From contig CAVRCJ010000019.1 of the NCBI GenBank assembly GCA_963719515.1, positions 109,470-173,469 of the forward strand: 64,000 bases of DNA, read 5' to 3'. How positions within the stretch are numbered: position 1 is the first letter of the stretch; every line of letters begins with the position of its first letter. Below are positions 44,738 through 54,700 of this stretch, in pieces. Both the position numbers and the translations under genes were made by a program. A model generated the notes under the pieces. It was not told the DNA's origin, did not search any database, and was given only the letters and a program-made list of their open reading frames with translations. Source of the DNA: an uncultured cyanobacterium. GTDB taxonomy: Bacteria; Cyanobacteriota; Cyanobacteriia; CAKZMO01.

Positions 44738-45568
44738 TATTAGACGGGAAGTCCCGCGCTGTATGCGCAGCATCAGCGTCGGGATGAAAGGCACGTGAGC
44801 CGTAGGCGAGCGATTAAGGAGCGGCGCACTACTCCTTAAGGATGCTACAATCGAAGTGTGTTGACCTTGAACTACTCCTACAGAGTTTATCCGTCTCTTG
44901 AGCAGGAAGCCCGTATGGTCTGTTGGCTTAAGATTTGTCGTGGCGTCTACAACTATGCGCTGCGCGAACGAAAGGACTGGGTAAATTCGAGAAGCTGTGC
45001 GGCTAATGCCTGCTCGCTTCAGTCGGAGTACATCATTGCGGCGGACGCGCCATATCCTGACTACTACAAGCAGCAAAATGCGCTGACTGCGGCTAAGAAG
45101 ATATTTCCTCACCTGAAGGACGTGCAGTCTCAGGTGCTTCAAGAGCCTATTCGCAGGGTAGAGGCAGCATTTGCTGCGAGGAAGGAGAGAGGCCACGGTT
45201 TCCCCCGCTTCAAGAAGTTTCGGCAAGGTTGACGCTTATGGTACTTCTCAGGAGTGCCCAGACTGCGGCGCTGTGGTCAAAAAATCGTTGGGCGATCGCG
45301 TTCATCGGTGTCATGAATGTGGGTCGCTCAAGCCGAGAGATATTGCCGCTGCTCAAGTTATAAACGCCCGTGGAATTTCGGGTATTCAAATTGCCTGTGG
45401 AGCCGAGGTAGCGGGGATGTGGGAAGCCATATCTAGCCAACTGGCTGCGTTCGCGCAGCGTGCGTGTAACGCGAAGCAGGAAACTCATCGGGTGACCGAT
45501 GAAGCCCGCGCTCTATCCGTAGGATGTTCGCAAAGCGCTTCCGCAGGAAGAACGTCGGGAGTATTCAC
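44738..45568 (+). mobile_element. Non-autonomous IS200/IS605-family (IS1341-type, no tnpA) element with internally deleted tnpB
   Basis: Left hairpin GAAG-TCCCGCGCTG...CAGCGTCGGGA (44748-44784); right hairpin GAAG-CCCGCGCT...AACGTCGGGA ending GTATTCAC at 45568; exact left boundary uncertain. Confidence 0.85.
44843..44851 (+). promoter_or_regulatory. Extended -10 promoter element for a probably leaderless tnpB transcript
   Basis: TGCTACAAT ends 6 nt before the GTG start at 44858; no SD sequence. Confidence 0.5.
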
Positions 45569-45611
45569 GTTGCCAAAGGGATCTGAATGCTGGATAACGG
45601 CCCAAACCTAG
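44858..45611 (+). pseudogene. tnpB: tnpB remnant: N-terminal part joined out of frame to Zn-ribbon/RuvC-III
   Basis: YSYRVYP..CRGVYNYAL..GFPRFKK (44858-45232), then +1 frame KVDAYGTSQECPDCG..HRCHECG..RDIAAA (from 45219); RuvC-I (GID.G) and RuvC-II (EDL) segments absent. Confidence 0.9.
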
Positions 45612-47228
45612 CTAGAACCGAAACGTGGTCCGAAACGTGGCAATAATGGCGTCATCGTTATCGCGATTTTGATTCGGAGCCGTAATCCAGACCAGCCCCG
45701 GCGTTAGGGCAATGGCGTCCGAGAGCTGCAGCCTGTAGAAGGCTTCTAAATGCAGTGACGTGTCGTTTTCTACGTCAAAGTCCTCTAGGCTGCCGAGGTA
45801 GGGCTCCACCCCGATCAAAACGCCGACCAGGCTTTGAGGCAAGACGACGTTGATTATTTCTGCGCCCAGGCCGTAATACCAAATCTCCCCCGATCGTGAT
45901 CCGGTGAGCTGCAGATCGGTGTAGCCCCCAAACGCGTTTAGCGTTAGGCGGCGGTTGACGGCGTAGGAGGTCTGAAACCCGTAGGAATTAGTCGTGGCGA
46001 CGGTGTCAAGCACGGCATGGGCCGCGTTGGCCGGAAATGTACCGACGAGCAGCTCTCCTGGCAGACCAGAATCGAAGATGGCGTTGTCGTCGGTGTGGTA
46101 GCCCCGGACGTAGGTCACCCCGATCCCGAGGCGATCGCTAGGCGTGAGCGTCAGCTGCCCGAGGGCGGCGTAGTCTTGGTCGAATAGCCCGTCCCTTGGG
46201 TCGGTGGCAGATTCTGCCAGGTACCCTCCAGATAGGGCGACAAGGCCTCCGGCAAAATCCACGTCGAAGCCGACTCCCGCCCCGCCCCCAATGCGATAGA
46301 TGGGGCTAGCCTGGGCAAAGGTCGATAGAGCCCCAGATCTAGTCTGGCTGCCGAACAGTGCGTTCGTACTGTGGACGTAGTGGCTATGCTGCCCGCCTGT
46401 CGCGGCTACGACCATCTCAACGCGATCGCCCAGAGACGTAGTGTAGCTGAGCCGATCGAGCACGATGTCTCCATCGGTATCGCCGCGAGCCGAGGTCACC
46501 AGCTGCCCTTCCGCCGTGCTGCCCAACGCCCCCGACGCCCCCACAACCTCAGCGCCCCGAGCAGGAGCTCCTGCGGAAAACAGGCGCGTCTGCAGGACAT
46601 CGCTGCCGGTAAAGCTAGCGGCAATGTCTAGCTGCAGGCGGTTTTGAAAGACAGCGCTATCGCTATCGTCATTGATGAGCTGCCCGTTGAGGTCAAAGAT
46701 AGCCTCGCCGTAGAGCTTAGCGGTGGGTGAGAACTGCTGCACCTCTAACCTATCGGTTCGGGTCTCCAGGTCCCCCATTCGCTCTCCCAGGGGGGCTATT
46801 CCGCTGCTAAATTCGGTCATCAACCGTCTGACCAGGCGTAGATCGGCTTCGTTGGTGACGATTTGTCCGCGCTGGACGCGCCCCTCAATAGCGCTGAGCG
46901 CCTGGGTCAAGGCTGCCGCAAATTCGTAGCGCGTCAGAGGCTGATCTCCCCGGAACGTGCCGTCAGGGTAGCCCAAGGGAATGCCGTAGCGATCGCTCAG
47001 GGACTGCAGCGCCTGGTAGGCCCAGTCTGAGGGCTGCACGTCACTTAGCTCAGAAACCGAGGGCACCTGCGCCCAGGCCTCTGTGGCCCCCAGTAGCGTA
47101 GCGTCATCTAGAGCAGCATCACTTGAAGCAACATCAGGCTCAGCGCTGGCGCTAACAGGCAAAAGCAGCCCCAAAAAGAGCAAGAGCCCGATTCCACTGT
47201 GCAGTGTCTGTTTGACGGGGTGGTTCAT
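45612..47228 (-). CDS. Cyanobacterial outer-membrane porin (SLH + OprB, iron-uptake porin family)
   Basis: Signal peptide, SVSELSDVQPSDWAYQAL..GYPDGTFRG..TRYEFAA SLH domain, coiled coil, QFSPTAKL, terminal RTTFRF. Confidence 0.93.
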   Translation of the reverse strand: MNHPVKQTLHSGIGLLLFLGLLLPVSASAEPDVASSDAALDDATLLGATEAWAQVPSVSELSDVQPSDWAYQALQSLSDRYGIPLGYPDGTFRGDQPLTRYEFAAALTQALSAIEGRVQRGQIVTNEADLRLVRRLMTEFSSGIAPLGERMGDLETRTDRLEVQQFSPTAKLYGEAIFDLNGQLINDDSDSAVFQNRLQLDIAASFTGSDVLQTRLFSAGAPARGAEVVGASGALGSTAEGQLVTSARGDTDGDIVLDRLSYTTSLGDRVEMVVAATGGQHSHYVHSTNALFGSQTRSGALSTFAQASPIYRIGGGAGVGFDVDFAGGLVALSGGYLAESATDPRDGLFDQDYAALGQLTLTPSDRLGIGVTYVRGYHTDDNAIFDSGLPGELLVGTFPANAAHAVLDTVATTNSYGFQTSYAVNRRLTLNAFGGYTDLQLTGSRSGEIWYYGLGAEIINVVLPQSLVGVLIGVEPYLGSLEDFDVENDTSLHLEAFYRLQLSDAIALTPGLVWITAPNQNRDNDDAIIATFRTTFRF

Positions 47229-47291
47229 TGGGCCTCATCCGTGCAACATCTCATCTCATCAGTCGTATTGCCACGCCCTAAGCCTCAGCAG

Positions 47292-47840
47292 CTATTCTCG
47301 CAGCCGTTCTAGCAAATCAGCAAAGTTACAGGGGCGATGGCGAGCATCAAGCTGGGGCCGTAGAATTTTTTCCCACCCTGTGCGGCAGGCTCCAGAAGAG
47401 CCGGGAAGGCAAAACAGGTAGGTGCCGTTAGCGACCCCCGCAACTGCCCGAGACTGAATGGTGGAGGTGGCGATCTCTGAGTAGGACAAATAGCGAAACA
47501 GCTCTCCAAATCCAGCAATTTTCTTGTCGAGTAGGGGGGCTATAGCCTCTGGGGTGCCATCTCGCCCCGTCAGCCCGGTGCCGCCGGTGGTAAGCACCAC
47601 CTGCACCGCCTCGTCGGCAATCCACGCGGAGGCGATCGCCCGAATTCGGTAGATATTATCTGGGACGATTTGCTTCTCGACCAGCTGATGACCCGCGTCC
47701 TGCAGCTGCTGAGCAAGGTAGGCCCCGGAGCGGTCAGTCGATTTTGTGCGGGAATCGGAGATGGTCAATACGGCAATGCGAAGGGACACAAACTCATCCC
47801 TATCATCTGCGCTTGTACTACCTGTCGGTGTCTCGCTCAC
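47292..47840 (-). CDS. moaB: Molybdenum cofactor biosynthesis protein B
   Basis: IAVLTISD, TTGGTG..RDGTPEA, GFGELFR, QSRAVAG, LPGS, QLDARHRPCNF. Confidence 0.93.
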   Translation of the reverse strand: MSETPTGSTSADDRDEFVSLRIAVLTISDSRTKSTDRSGAYLAQQLQDAGHQLVEKQIVPDNIYRIRAIASAWIADEAVQVVLTTGGTGLTGRDGTPEAIAPLLDKKIAGFGELFRYLSYSEIATSTIQSRAVAGVANGTYLFCLPGSSGACRTGWEKILRPQLDARHRPCNFADLLERLRE

Positions 47841-47863
47841 AGTTGTATCGTCCTGTCCTTATC

Positions 47864-47947
47864 GGCGTTTGGCTTGGGGCGTTTGGCTTGGGGCGTTTGA
47901 TTTGGGGCGTTTGGCTTGAGGCGTTTAGCTTGGGGCGTTTGGCTTGG
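47864..47947. repeat. Six tandem copies of the 14-mer GGCGTTTGGCTTGG
   Basis: Read directly; copies 3, 4 and 5 carry 1-2 substitutions. Confidence 0.95.
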
Positions 47948-48067
47948 CGATACCGCAGCCCTATTGTGGCACCCCTATCCTCCGTTCTTATGATGCCACG
48001 GCAGGCCGCTGTCTCAATCTCAAGCTACACTCAGGAAAGAACCCTTACCCTACCGCGATGGCCGCCC

Positions 48068-48463
48068 ATGTTTGGTGAATTTCAGCAAAGTCGCCTACGG
48101 ATTGAGCTTGATGCCCCAGAGGCCGCTATTCGGAATAGCCTTATACGCTCAGAGCGCTTTCAAAAATGGCAATGGCCGCAGCAGTTTGTTGCCCTGCCCC
48201 CTATCTTGGAGGTCGGCACCACCTTCACGGCCCGGCTTGGTCCAATTGTCATCGACCACCAGGTCGAGCAGCTGGAAGATCAGCACCTGCGGCTGCTCCT
48301 CAGCCGCAGTATCGATGGCTTTCACGACTGGTATTGGGGCGATGGCTGGGTCCAGTCCTGCTTGGAAGGGGTTTCGCTGCTGCCCTTGGGAGCGTCCCAC
48401 TCCTTGGCGCTAATGCAGCTGCGCAGCTTTCTTGCCCAGTCTACTGCCCAATCTGGCGACTGA
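48068..48463 (+). CDS. Conserved-looking cyanobacterial hypothetical protein (possibly SRPBCC-like)
   Basis: FQQSRLRIEL, LLSRSIDGFHDWYWGDGWVQSCLEGVSLLPL; ATG 48068. Confidence 0.7.
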   Translation: MFGEFQQSRLRIELDAPEAAIRNSLIRSERFQKWQWPQQFVALPPILEVGTTFTARLGPIVIDHQVEQLEDQHLRLLLSRSIDGFHDWYWGDGWVQSCLEGVSLLPLGASHSLALMQLRSFLAQSTAQSGD

Positions 48464-48529
48464 ACGGACAGTTCCAGCCGCGGGGGCGCGATTGGTGGTG
48501 CCCAGCCCCTAGTGCAGCCGGATAGGCTT

Positions 48530-49846
48530 CTAATCAGGCTCGCCGATTGGGTCTTTGCCCACCCGCAGCCGCACCGAATTATTGTGGGACGGCAGGCCTT
48601 CTGCCGTCGCCAGCTGGTCAATGGTCTCGGCGCAGGCCTCTAATGCCTCCGGAGAGTACTGAATCAGGCTGGAGTGCTTCATAAATGTCTCAACCCCCAG
48701 AGCAGAAGCGTAGCGCGCCGCTCCTGAGGTGGGGAGAGTGTGGTTTGGCCCAGCGAGGTAGTCCCCCACCGCCTCTGGGGTAGAGTAGCCCAAAAAGATC
48801 GCGCCCGCGTGGCGAATTTGACGCAGCAGCTCCCACGGCTCGCTGACCTCGAGCTGCAGATGTTCGGGGGCAAACTGGTCTGAGAGCTGGGCGGCAGTTT
48901 CCAAAGAATCCACAATGACCACTAGGCCGTAGTTGGCGATCGCCTTCTCGGTGTCGGTGCGGCGGGGGTGGTGGGCTAGCTGAGCCTGCACCTCGCTCAC
49001 CACCTGTCGCGCTAGGGCTGAGTCAGGGGTAAGCAAAATAGCGGCCGCCATGGGGTCATGCTCGGCCTGGGCCAGCAGGTCGGCCGCCACGTGCTGGGGC
49101 TGGGCCTTGGAGTCGGCAATAACCAGCACCTCAGACGGCCCCGCCAGCGAGTCGATACCGACGGTGCCGTAGACCATCTTTTTGGCCAGCATCACGTAGA
49201 TATTGCCCGGCCCTGTCACCACGTCCACTTTGGGAATAGTCGCGGTACCGTAGGCCAGCGCGGCGATCGCCTGAGCGCCCCCCACGCGGTAAATTTCGCT
49301 GACCCCAGCCTCCTGCGCCGCCACCAGCACTACAGGATTCACCGTGCCATCTTCACTGGGCGGCGTCACCATGACAACGCGTTCAACCTGGGCCACTTTG
49401 GCGGGAATGGCGTTCATCACCACGGTGCTAGGGTAAGAGGCCCGCCCGCCTGGCACGTACAGCCCGGCGCAGTCTACCGGCCTGTAGCGCTTGCCAAGTA
49501 CAATGTCGCGATCGCCAAATTGAACCCAGCTTTTGGGCAGTCGCTGGCGGTGAAACGCCTCGACGTTGCGGCAGGCGGTCCGGATGGCCTCCAAGAGCTT
49601 TTGTGAAACCTGCTGGTAGGCGGAGTCGAGTTCAGTGTCGGTGACCCGCAGATCCTCGGCCGAGAAGGTCTGTCGATCAAATTTTTGGGTGTAGTGCAGC
49701 AGCGCCCTGTCGCCGTCGTGCTTGACTTCGTTCAGCACAACACGCACGGTGGCCTCCTTTTCGGCAATCTGCTCGCTATGGGTGCGATCGCAGATTCGCT
49801 GCAACTCTGTCTGCGCCTCGGCCAGCTGAGTAACTATTCGTAGCAT
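48530..49846 (-). CDS. hisD: Histidinol dehydrogenase
   Basis: YVPGG, GGAQAIAA, GPGN, AGPSE, QAEH, PEHL, GPNHTLPT. Confidence 0.98.
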   Translation of the reverse strand: MLRIVTQLAEAQTELQRICDRTHSEQIAEKEATVRVVLNEVKHDGDRALLHYTQKFDRQTFSAEDLRVTDTELDSAYQQVSQKLLEAIRTACRNVEAFHRQRLPKSWVQFGDRDIVLGKRYRPVDCAGLYVPGGRASYPSTVVMNAIPAKVAQVERVVMVTPPSEDGTVNPVVLVAAQEAGVSEIYRVGGAQAIAALAYGTATIPKVDVVTGPGNIYVMLAKKMVYGTVGIDSLAGPSEVLVIADSKAQPQHVAADLLAQAEHDPMAAAILLTPDSALARQVVSEVQAQLAHHPRRTDTEKAIANYGLVVIVDSLETAAQLSDQFAPEHLQLEVSEPWELLRQIRHAGAIFLGYSTPEAVGDYLAGPNHTLPTSGAARYASALGVETFMKHSSLIQYSPEALEACAETIDQLATAEGLPSHNNSVRLRVGKDPIGEPD

Positions 49847-50027
49847 TGCCACATCCACTGAACATTGATGCTCTACCCCTACATTACCTTGGATTTTCGT
49901 GAAGCGCTTGGACCCTGCATTCGGGTGCCCTCGTCGACGTTAATATTCACAACGCCAAACTTTGCAATTATTTCAAACAGCACCTAAAATAGCAGATCGG
50001 TGACTTTTTTTGAGGTTTGCAGGCGTC

Positions 50028-50384
50028 GTGCCAAATATTAAATCTGCTATCAAGCGCGTTCAAGTTGCGGAGCGCAATCGTCTCCGCAACAAGTCGTACC
50101 GCTCTTCGGTGCGCACACTCGTGAAACGATATTTCGCTGCTGTCGAGACCTATAAAGGGGAGCCCAGTGACGCGGCCAAGCAGGACGTGCAGATCTGTAT
50201 GTCTGCGGCTTACAGCAAGATTGACAAGGCCGTGAAGAAGGGCGTCATCCACTCTAACGCTGGAGCCCGCAAAAAGGCGCAGCTTTCAAGAGCCTTCAAG
50301 TCTCTAGAGGGCGACTCCGAGGCCACAAGCCCGTCAGCCGGGGCGCTGACCAATGCGGCAGTGGGGGCGGAAGCCGAGGCTTAG
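50028..50384 (+). CDS. rpsT: 30S ribosomal protein S20
   Basis: [35 protein letters not shown] 50028. Confidence 0.96.
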   Translation: MPNIKSAIKRVQVAERNRLRNKSYRSSVRTLVKRYFAAVETYKGEPSDAAKQDVQICMSAAYSKIDKAVKKGVIHSNAGARKKAQLSRAFKSLEGDSEATSPSAGALTNAAVGAEAEA

Positions 50385-50496
50385 AGGCGGATAGTCTACC
50401 CTGGAGACTGCTACCGCTTTTGCACCGGCGACCTTCAGCTTGGCGGCAGGCAATTCTGCCTGATATCTCGGCTCACTCCTCACCTGGCTTCTCTCC

Positions 50497-51279
50497 ATGC
50501 AGCTTGTCGACACCCACGTCCACCTCAACTTCGACACCTTTCAGGCAGATCTAGACCAGGTTGCTCAGCAATGGCGCGATGCAGGCGTTGTCCATCTGGT
50601 TCACTCCTGCGTTGAGCCGGCGGAGTTTTCCCACATCCGGTCTATTGCAGACCGATTCCCGGAGATTTCTCTGTCGGTTGGCCTTCACCCCCTCGACGTC
50701 GCTCAGTGGAATGAGTCAACGGCGGCTGAGATCGCTCAGCTCGCTGACTCCGACAGCCGCGTTGTCGCTATCGGCGAGCTGGGTCTCGATTTCTACAAAG
50801 ACTCAGACTCGGCGCAGCAGCGGTTGGCTCTAGAGGGCCAGCTGCACGTCGCTCGCGATCGCGATCTGCCGATCATCGTTCACTGTCGCGACGCTGCCCC
50901 CCAGATGAGGGAGGTGTTTCAGCAGTTCTTTGACGCCCATGGTCCGGTGCGCGGCGTCATGCACTGCTGGAGTGGCACTCCTGAAGAAACCGCTTGGTTT
51001 CTTGACCTGGGGTTCTACGTCAGCTTTAGCGGCATTGCCACCTTCAAGAGCGCCTCCCAGGTTCACGAGTCGGTGAGGCTCGTTCCGGGCGATCGCCTGC
51101 TCATCGAAACTGACTGTCCGTTCTTGGCTCCGGTTCCCAAGCGGGGCAAGCGCAATCAGCCCGCGTTCGTTCGCTACGTGGCTGAGCAGGTGGCGCAGCT
51201 GCGGGAGGAATCCCTGGAGGCGATCGCCTCCCAAACGTCAGAGAACGCCGGGACGCTGTTCAGGTTTGATTCCAATTAG
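50497..51279 (+). CDS. tatD: TatD family hydrolase
   Basis: [28 protein letters not shown]. Confidence 0.95.
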   Translation: MQLVDTHVHLNFDTFQADLDQVAQQWRDAGVVHLVHSCVEPAEFSHIRSIADRFPEISLSVGLHPLDVAQWNESTAAEIAQLADSDSRVVAIGELGLDFYKDSDSAQQRLALEGQLHVARDRDLPIIVHCRDAAPQMREVFQQFFDAHGPVRGVMHCWSGTPEETAWFLDLGFYVSFSGIATFKSASQVHESVRLVPGDRLLIETDCPFLAPVPKRGKRNQPAFVRYVAEQVAQLREESLEAIASQTSENAGTLFRFDSN

Positions 51280-51780
51280 GTTCGATTCAAAACAGCTGTC
51301 CCTGCTTTTTCAAGAAAGCGTTGCGAACCTTCAAAAAGATTGAGCAACTCTTGCTCATCTATTGCTAAAATCGAATGCATGGTGTACCAACAGGCCGTAT
51401 ATTGTTTTATTTCAAAAACAAATATTATCAGCGCAGTCCAAGACGGAAGAGCTAGGGGCGAGAAGCGGGCCGCAACAGCCGCCTAGGAGCAGCGATAAAT
51501 ACTCAGCTTGGGCTTGCTCTTGGGTCCCAATCCCTGCTTCGACGCGATTTCTTTAGTACAAGATGTAGTTAGCGCCCCGCTGCGGGTGTAGAGAGCGTAA
51601 TGATCAGCGCAGTACTCCAGCGCCAGACCAGTAAAACGAGATCCACCTTAATTCTGAAAACCAATTTGTTGGTTTGACTCTGCTCAGCTTGATCTTCAAG
51701 CCTGAGCTAGTTTGACATTCTTAAAAAACTGTAGTACAGTCTGGGACTTGCCCGGGCTGCGAGCACCGAAGAGGAGACGC

Positions 51781-54700
51781 ATGAGTAATCTGGTCCAAAC
51801 GACACCCGCTTTTTTGCTGCCGGACTTGGTTGAGATTCAGCGGGCAAGCTTCCGCTGGTTTCTTCACGAGGGGCTGATTGAGGAGCTCAACAGCTTTTCC
51901 CCTATTACAGATTATACCGGGAAGCAGGAGCTTCACTTTTTAGGCAAAAGCTATCGGCTGAAGCGGCCTAAGTATGACGTTGATGAAGCCAAGCGGCGGG
52001 ACAGCACCTATTCGGTCCAGATGTACGTTCCGACGCGTCTAATCAACAAAGAGACCGGAGAGATCAAAGAGCAGGAAGTATTTATCGGCGATCTGCCGCT
52101 GATGACCGACCGCGGTACCTTCATCATCAACGGCGCAGAGCGGGTCATCGTTAACCAGATCGTTCGTAGCCCTGGGGTCTACTACAAGTCGGAAACCGAC
52201 AAAAACGGACGCCGCACCTACAACGCCAGCTTGATTCCCAACCGGGGAGCCTGGCTGAAGTTTGAGACCGACAAAAACGGCTTAGTCTGGGTACGCATCG
52301 ACAAAACCCGCAAGCTGTCGGCTCAGGTGCTTCTCAAGGCCATTGGTCTGAGCGACAGCGAGATTTTTGACGCCCTGCGCCACCCCGAATACTTCCAAAA
52401 AACCATTGAGAAAGAAGGGCAGTTCAGCGAGGACGAGGCGCTGATGGAGCTGTACCGCAAGCTCCGTCCGGGTGAGCCCCCTACGGTTTCCGGGGGTCAG
52501 CAGCTGCTGGAGTCCCGCTTCTTTGACCCCAAGCGCTACGACTTAGGTAAAGTGGGTCGCTACAAGCTCAACCGTAAGCTGCGGCTCAACGTCCCCGACG
52601 CCGTTAGGGTACTAACGCCTCAGGATATTTTGGCGTCCATCGACTACCTCATCAACCTGGAATTTGACATCGGTGTGGTGGACGACATCGACCACCTGGG
52701 TAACCGCCGCGTTCGCTCGGTGGGTGAGCTGCTGCAAAACCAGGTCAGAGTCGGTCTGAACCGCTTGGAGCGGATCATTCGGGAGCGGATGACGGTCTCT
52801 GATTCCGATTCCCTGACCCCCGCCTCCCTGGTAAACCCCAAGCCGCTAGTCGCCGCAATCAAAGAGTTCTTTGGCTCCTCTCAGCTGAGCCAGTTTATGG
52901 ACCAGACCAATCCACTGGCGGAGCTGACCCACAAGCGTCGTCTCAGCGCTCTTGGACCTGGGGGCCTGACCCGAGAGCGGGCGGGCTTTGCGGTGCGTGA
53001 TATTCATCCCTCTCACTACGGACGTATCTGCCCTATTGAGACGCCTGAGGGCCCTAACGCTGGTCTGATTGGTTCGCTAGCAACCCACGCCCGCGTCAAC
53101 GCCTACGGCTTTATTGAAACTCCCTACTACCGCGTAGAAGAGGGCCGCGTCCTCAAAGACGAATCTCCCGTCTACATGACGGCGGATGAGGAAGACGACT
53201 TCCGGGTGGCGCCGGGAGACGTGGCTACCGAGGACGACGGCACGATCATCAACGAGGTGATCCCGGTGCGCTACCGCCAGGACTTCACCACCACCTCCCC
53301 CACGGAGCTGGACTACGTGGCGGTGTCTCCAGTGCAGATTATCTCTGTGGCTACCTCGCTGATTCCGTTTCTGGAGCACGACGACGCCAACCGCGCTCTG
53401 ATGGGCTCCAACATGCAGCGACAGGCGGTGCCTCTGCTGCGGCCCGAGCGTCCGCTGGTGGGCACGGGCCTAGAGGCCCAGGCAGCTCGCGACTCCGGCA
53501 TGGTAATGGTCAGCCGCACTGAAGGGGAGATTACCTACGTGGATGCCAACCGCATCCGCATCCGCGATGACGCAGGCCGAGAGACGACCTACGAGCTGCA
53601 AAAGTATCAGCGCTCTAACCAAGACACCTGCTTGAACCAGCGTCCTATCGTGTTTACGGGCGATCGCGTTCAGCTCGGGCAGGTGCTGGCCGACGGCTCC
53701 GCTGCTGAAGGCGGCGAGGTGGCCCTAGGTCAGAACGTGACGATTACCTACATGCCCTGGGAGGGCTACAACTACGAGGACGCCATCCTCATCAGCGAGC
53801 GGCTGGTGTTTGAAGATGTCTATACCTCCATCCACATCGAGAAGTACGAGATTGAGGCCCGCCAGACCAAGCTAGGCCCTGAGGAAATCACCCGAGAGAT
53901 CCCTAACGTGGGTGAAGACGCCCTGCGCCAGCTTGACGAGACGGGCATCATCCGCATCGGCGCTTGGGTTGAGGCAGGCAACATTCTGGTGGGTAAGGTG
54001 ACGCCCAAAGGCGAGTCCGACCAGCCTCCCGAAGAAAAGCTGCTGCGGGCCATCTTTGGCGAAAAGGCGCGGGACGTGCGGGACAACTCCCTGCGAGTTC
54101 CCAACGGCGAGAAAGGCCGGGTCGTTGACGTCCGGGTGTTTACCCGTGAGCAGGGCGACGAACTGCCCCCCGGTGCCAACATGGTGGTGCGGGTCTACGT
54201 GGCCCAAAAGCGCAAGATCCAGGTGGGCGACAAGATGGCGGGTCGCCACGGCAATAAAGGCATCATCTCCCGGATTTTGCCGGTGGAGGATATGCCCTAC
54301 CTTCCCGACGGCACGCCGGTTGACATCGTGCTCAATCCCCTAGGCGTGCCCTCTCGTATGAACGTCGGTCAGGTGTTTGAATGCCTGCTGGGCTGGGCCG
54401 CCGACAACCTGGATGTCCGGTTTAAGGTAACCCCGTTCGATGAGATGTACGGCGAGGAGGCCTCCCGCTTGTCTACCCACGCCAAGATGCAGGAAGCGCG
54501 GGAGAAGCGAGGAGAGGACTGGGTATTCAACCCCGACAACGCCGGCAAAATTCAGGTCTATGACGGCCGCACGGGTGAGCCCTTCGACCGCCCCGTCACC
54601 GTGGGCAAGGCTTACATGCTGAAGCTGGTTCACCTGGTGGACGACAAGATTCACGCCCGCTCCACCGGCCCCTATTCTCTGGTGACTCAGCAGCCTCTGG

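Noticed and set aside
44699..45226. 175-aa minus-strand ORF as possible tnpA
   Set aside because: No HUH or catalytic Tyr motif; antisense to tnpB
47864..47947. CRISPR array
   Set aside because: Repeats are contiguous 14-mers with no spacers, and no cas genes are present
47744..48067. N-terminal extension of the 48068 gene through the tandem repeat
   Set aside because: Overlaps moaB antisense and merely translates the 14-mer array
51262..51292. tRNA T-loop-like GGTTCGATTC
   Set aside because: No cloverleaf; part of a short imperfect duplication at the tatD end
51425..51475. Glutamine riboswitch (GACGGAAG)
   Set aside because: Flanking conserved P1 sequences are missing and the gene context does not fit
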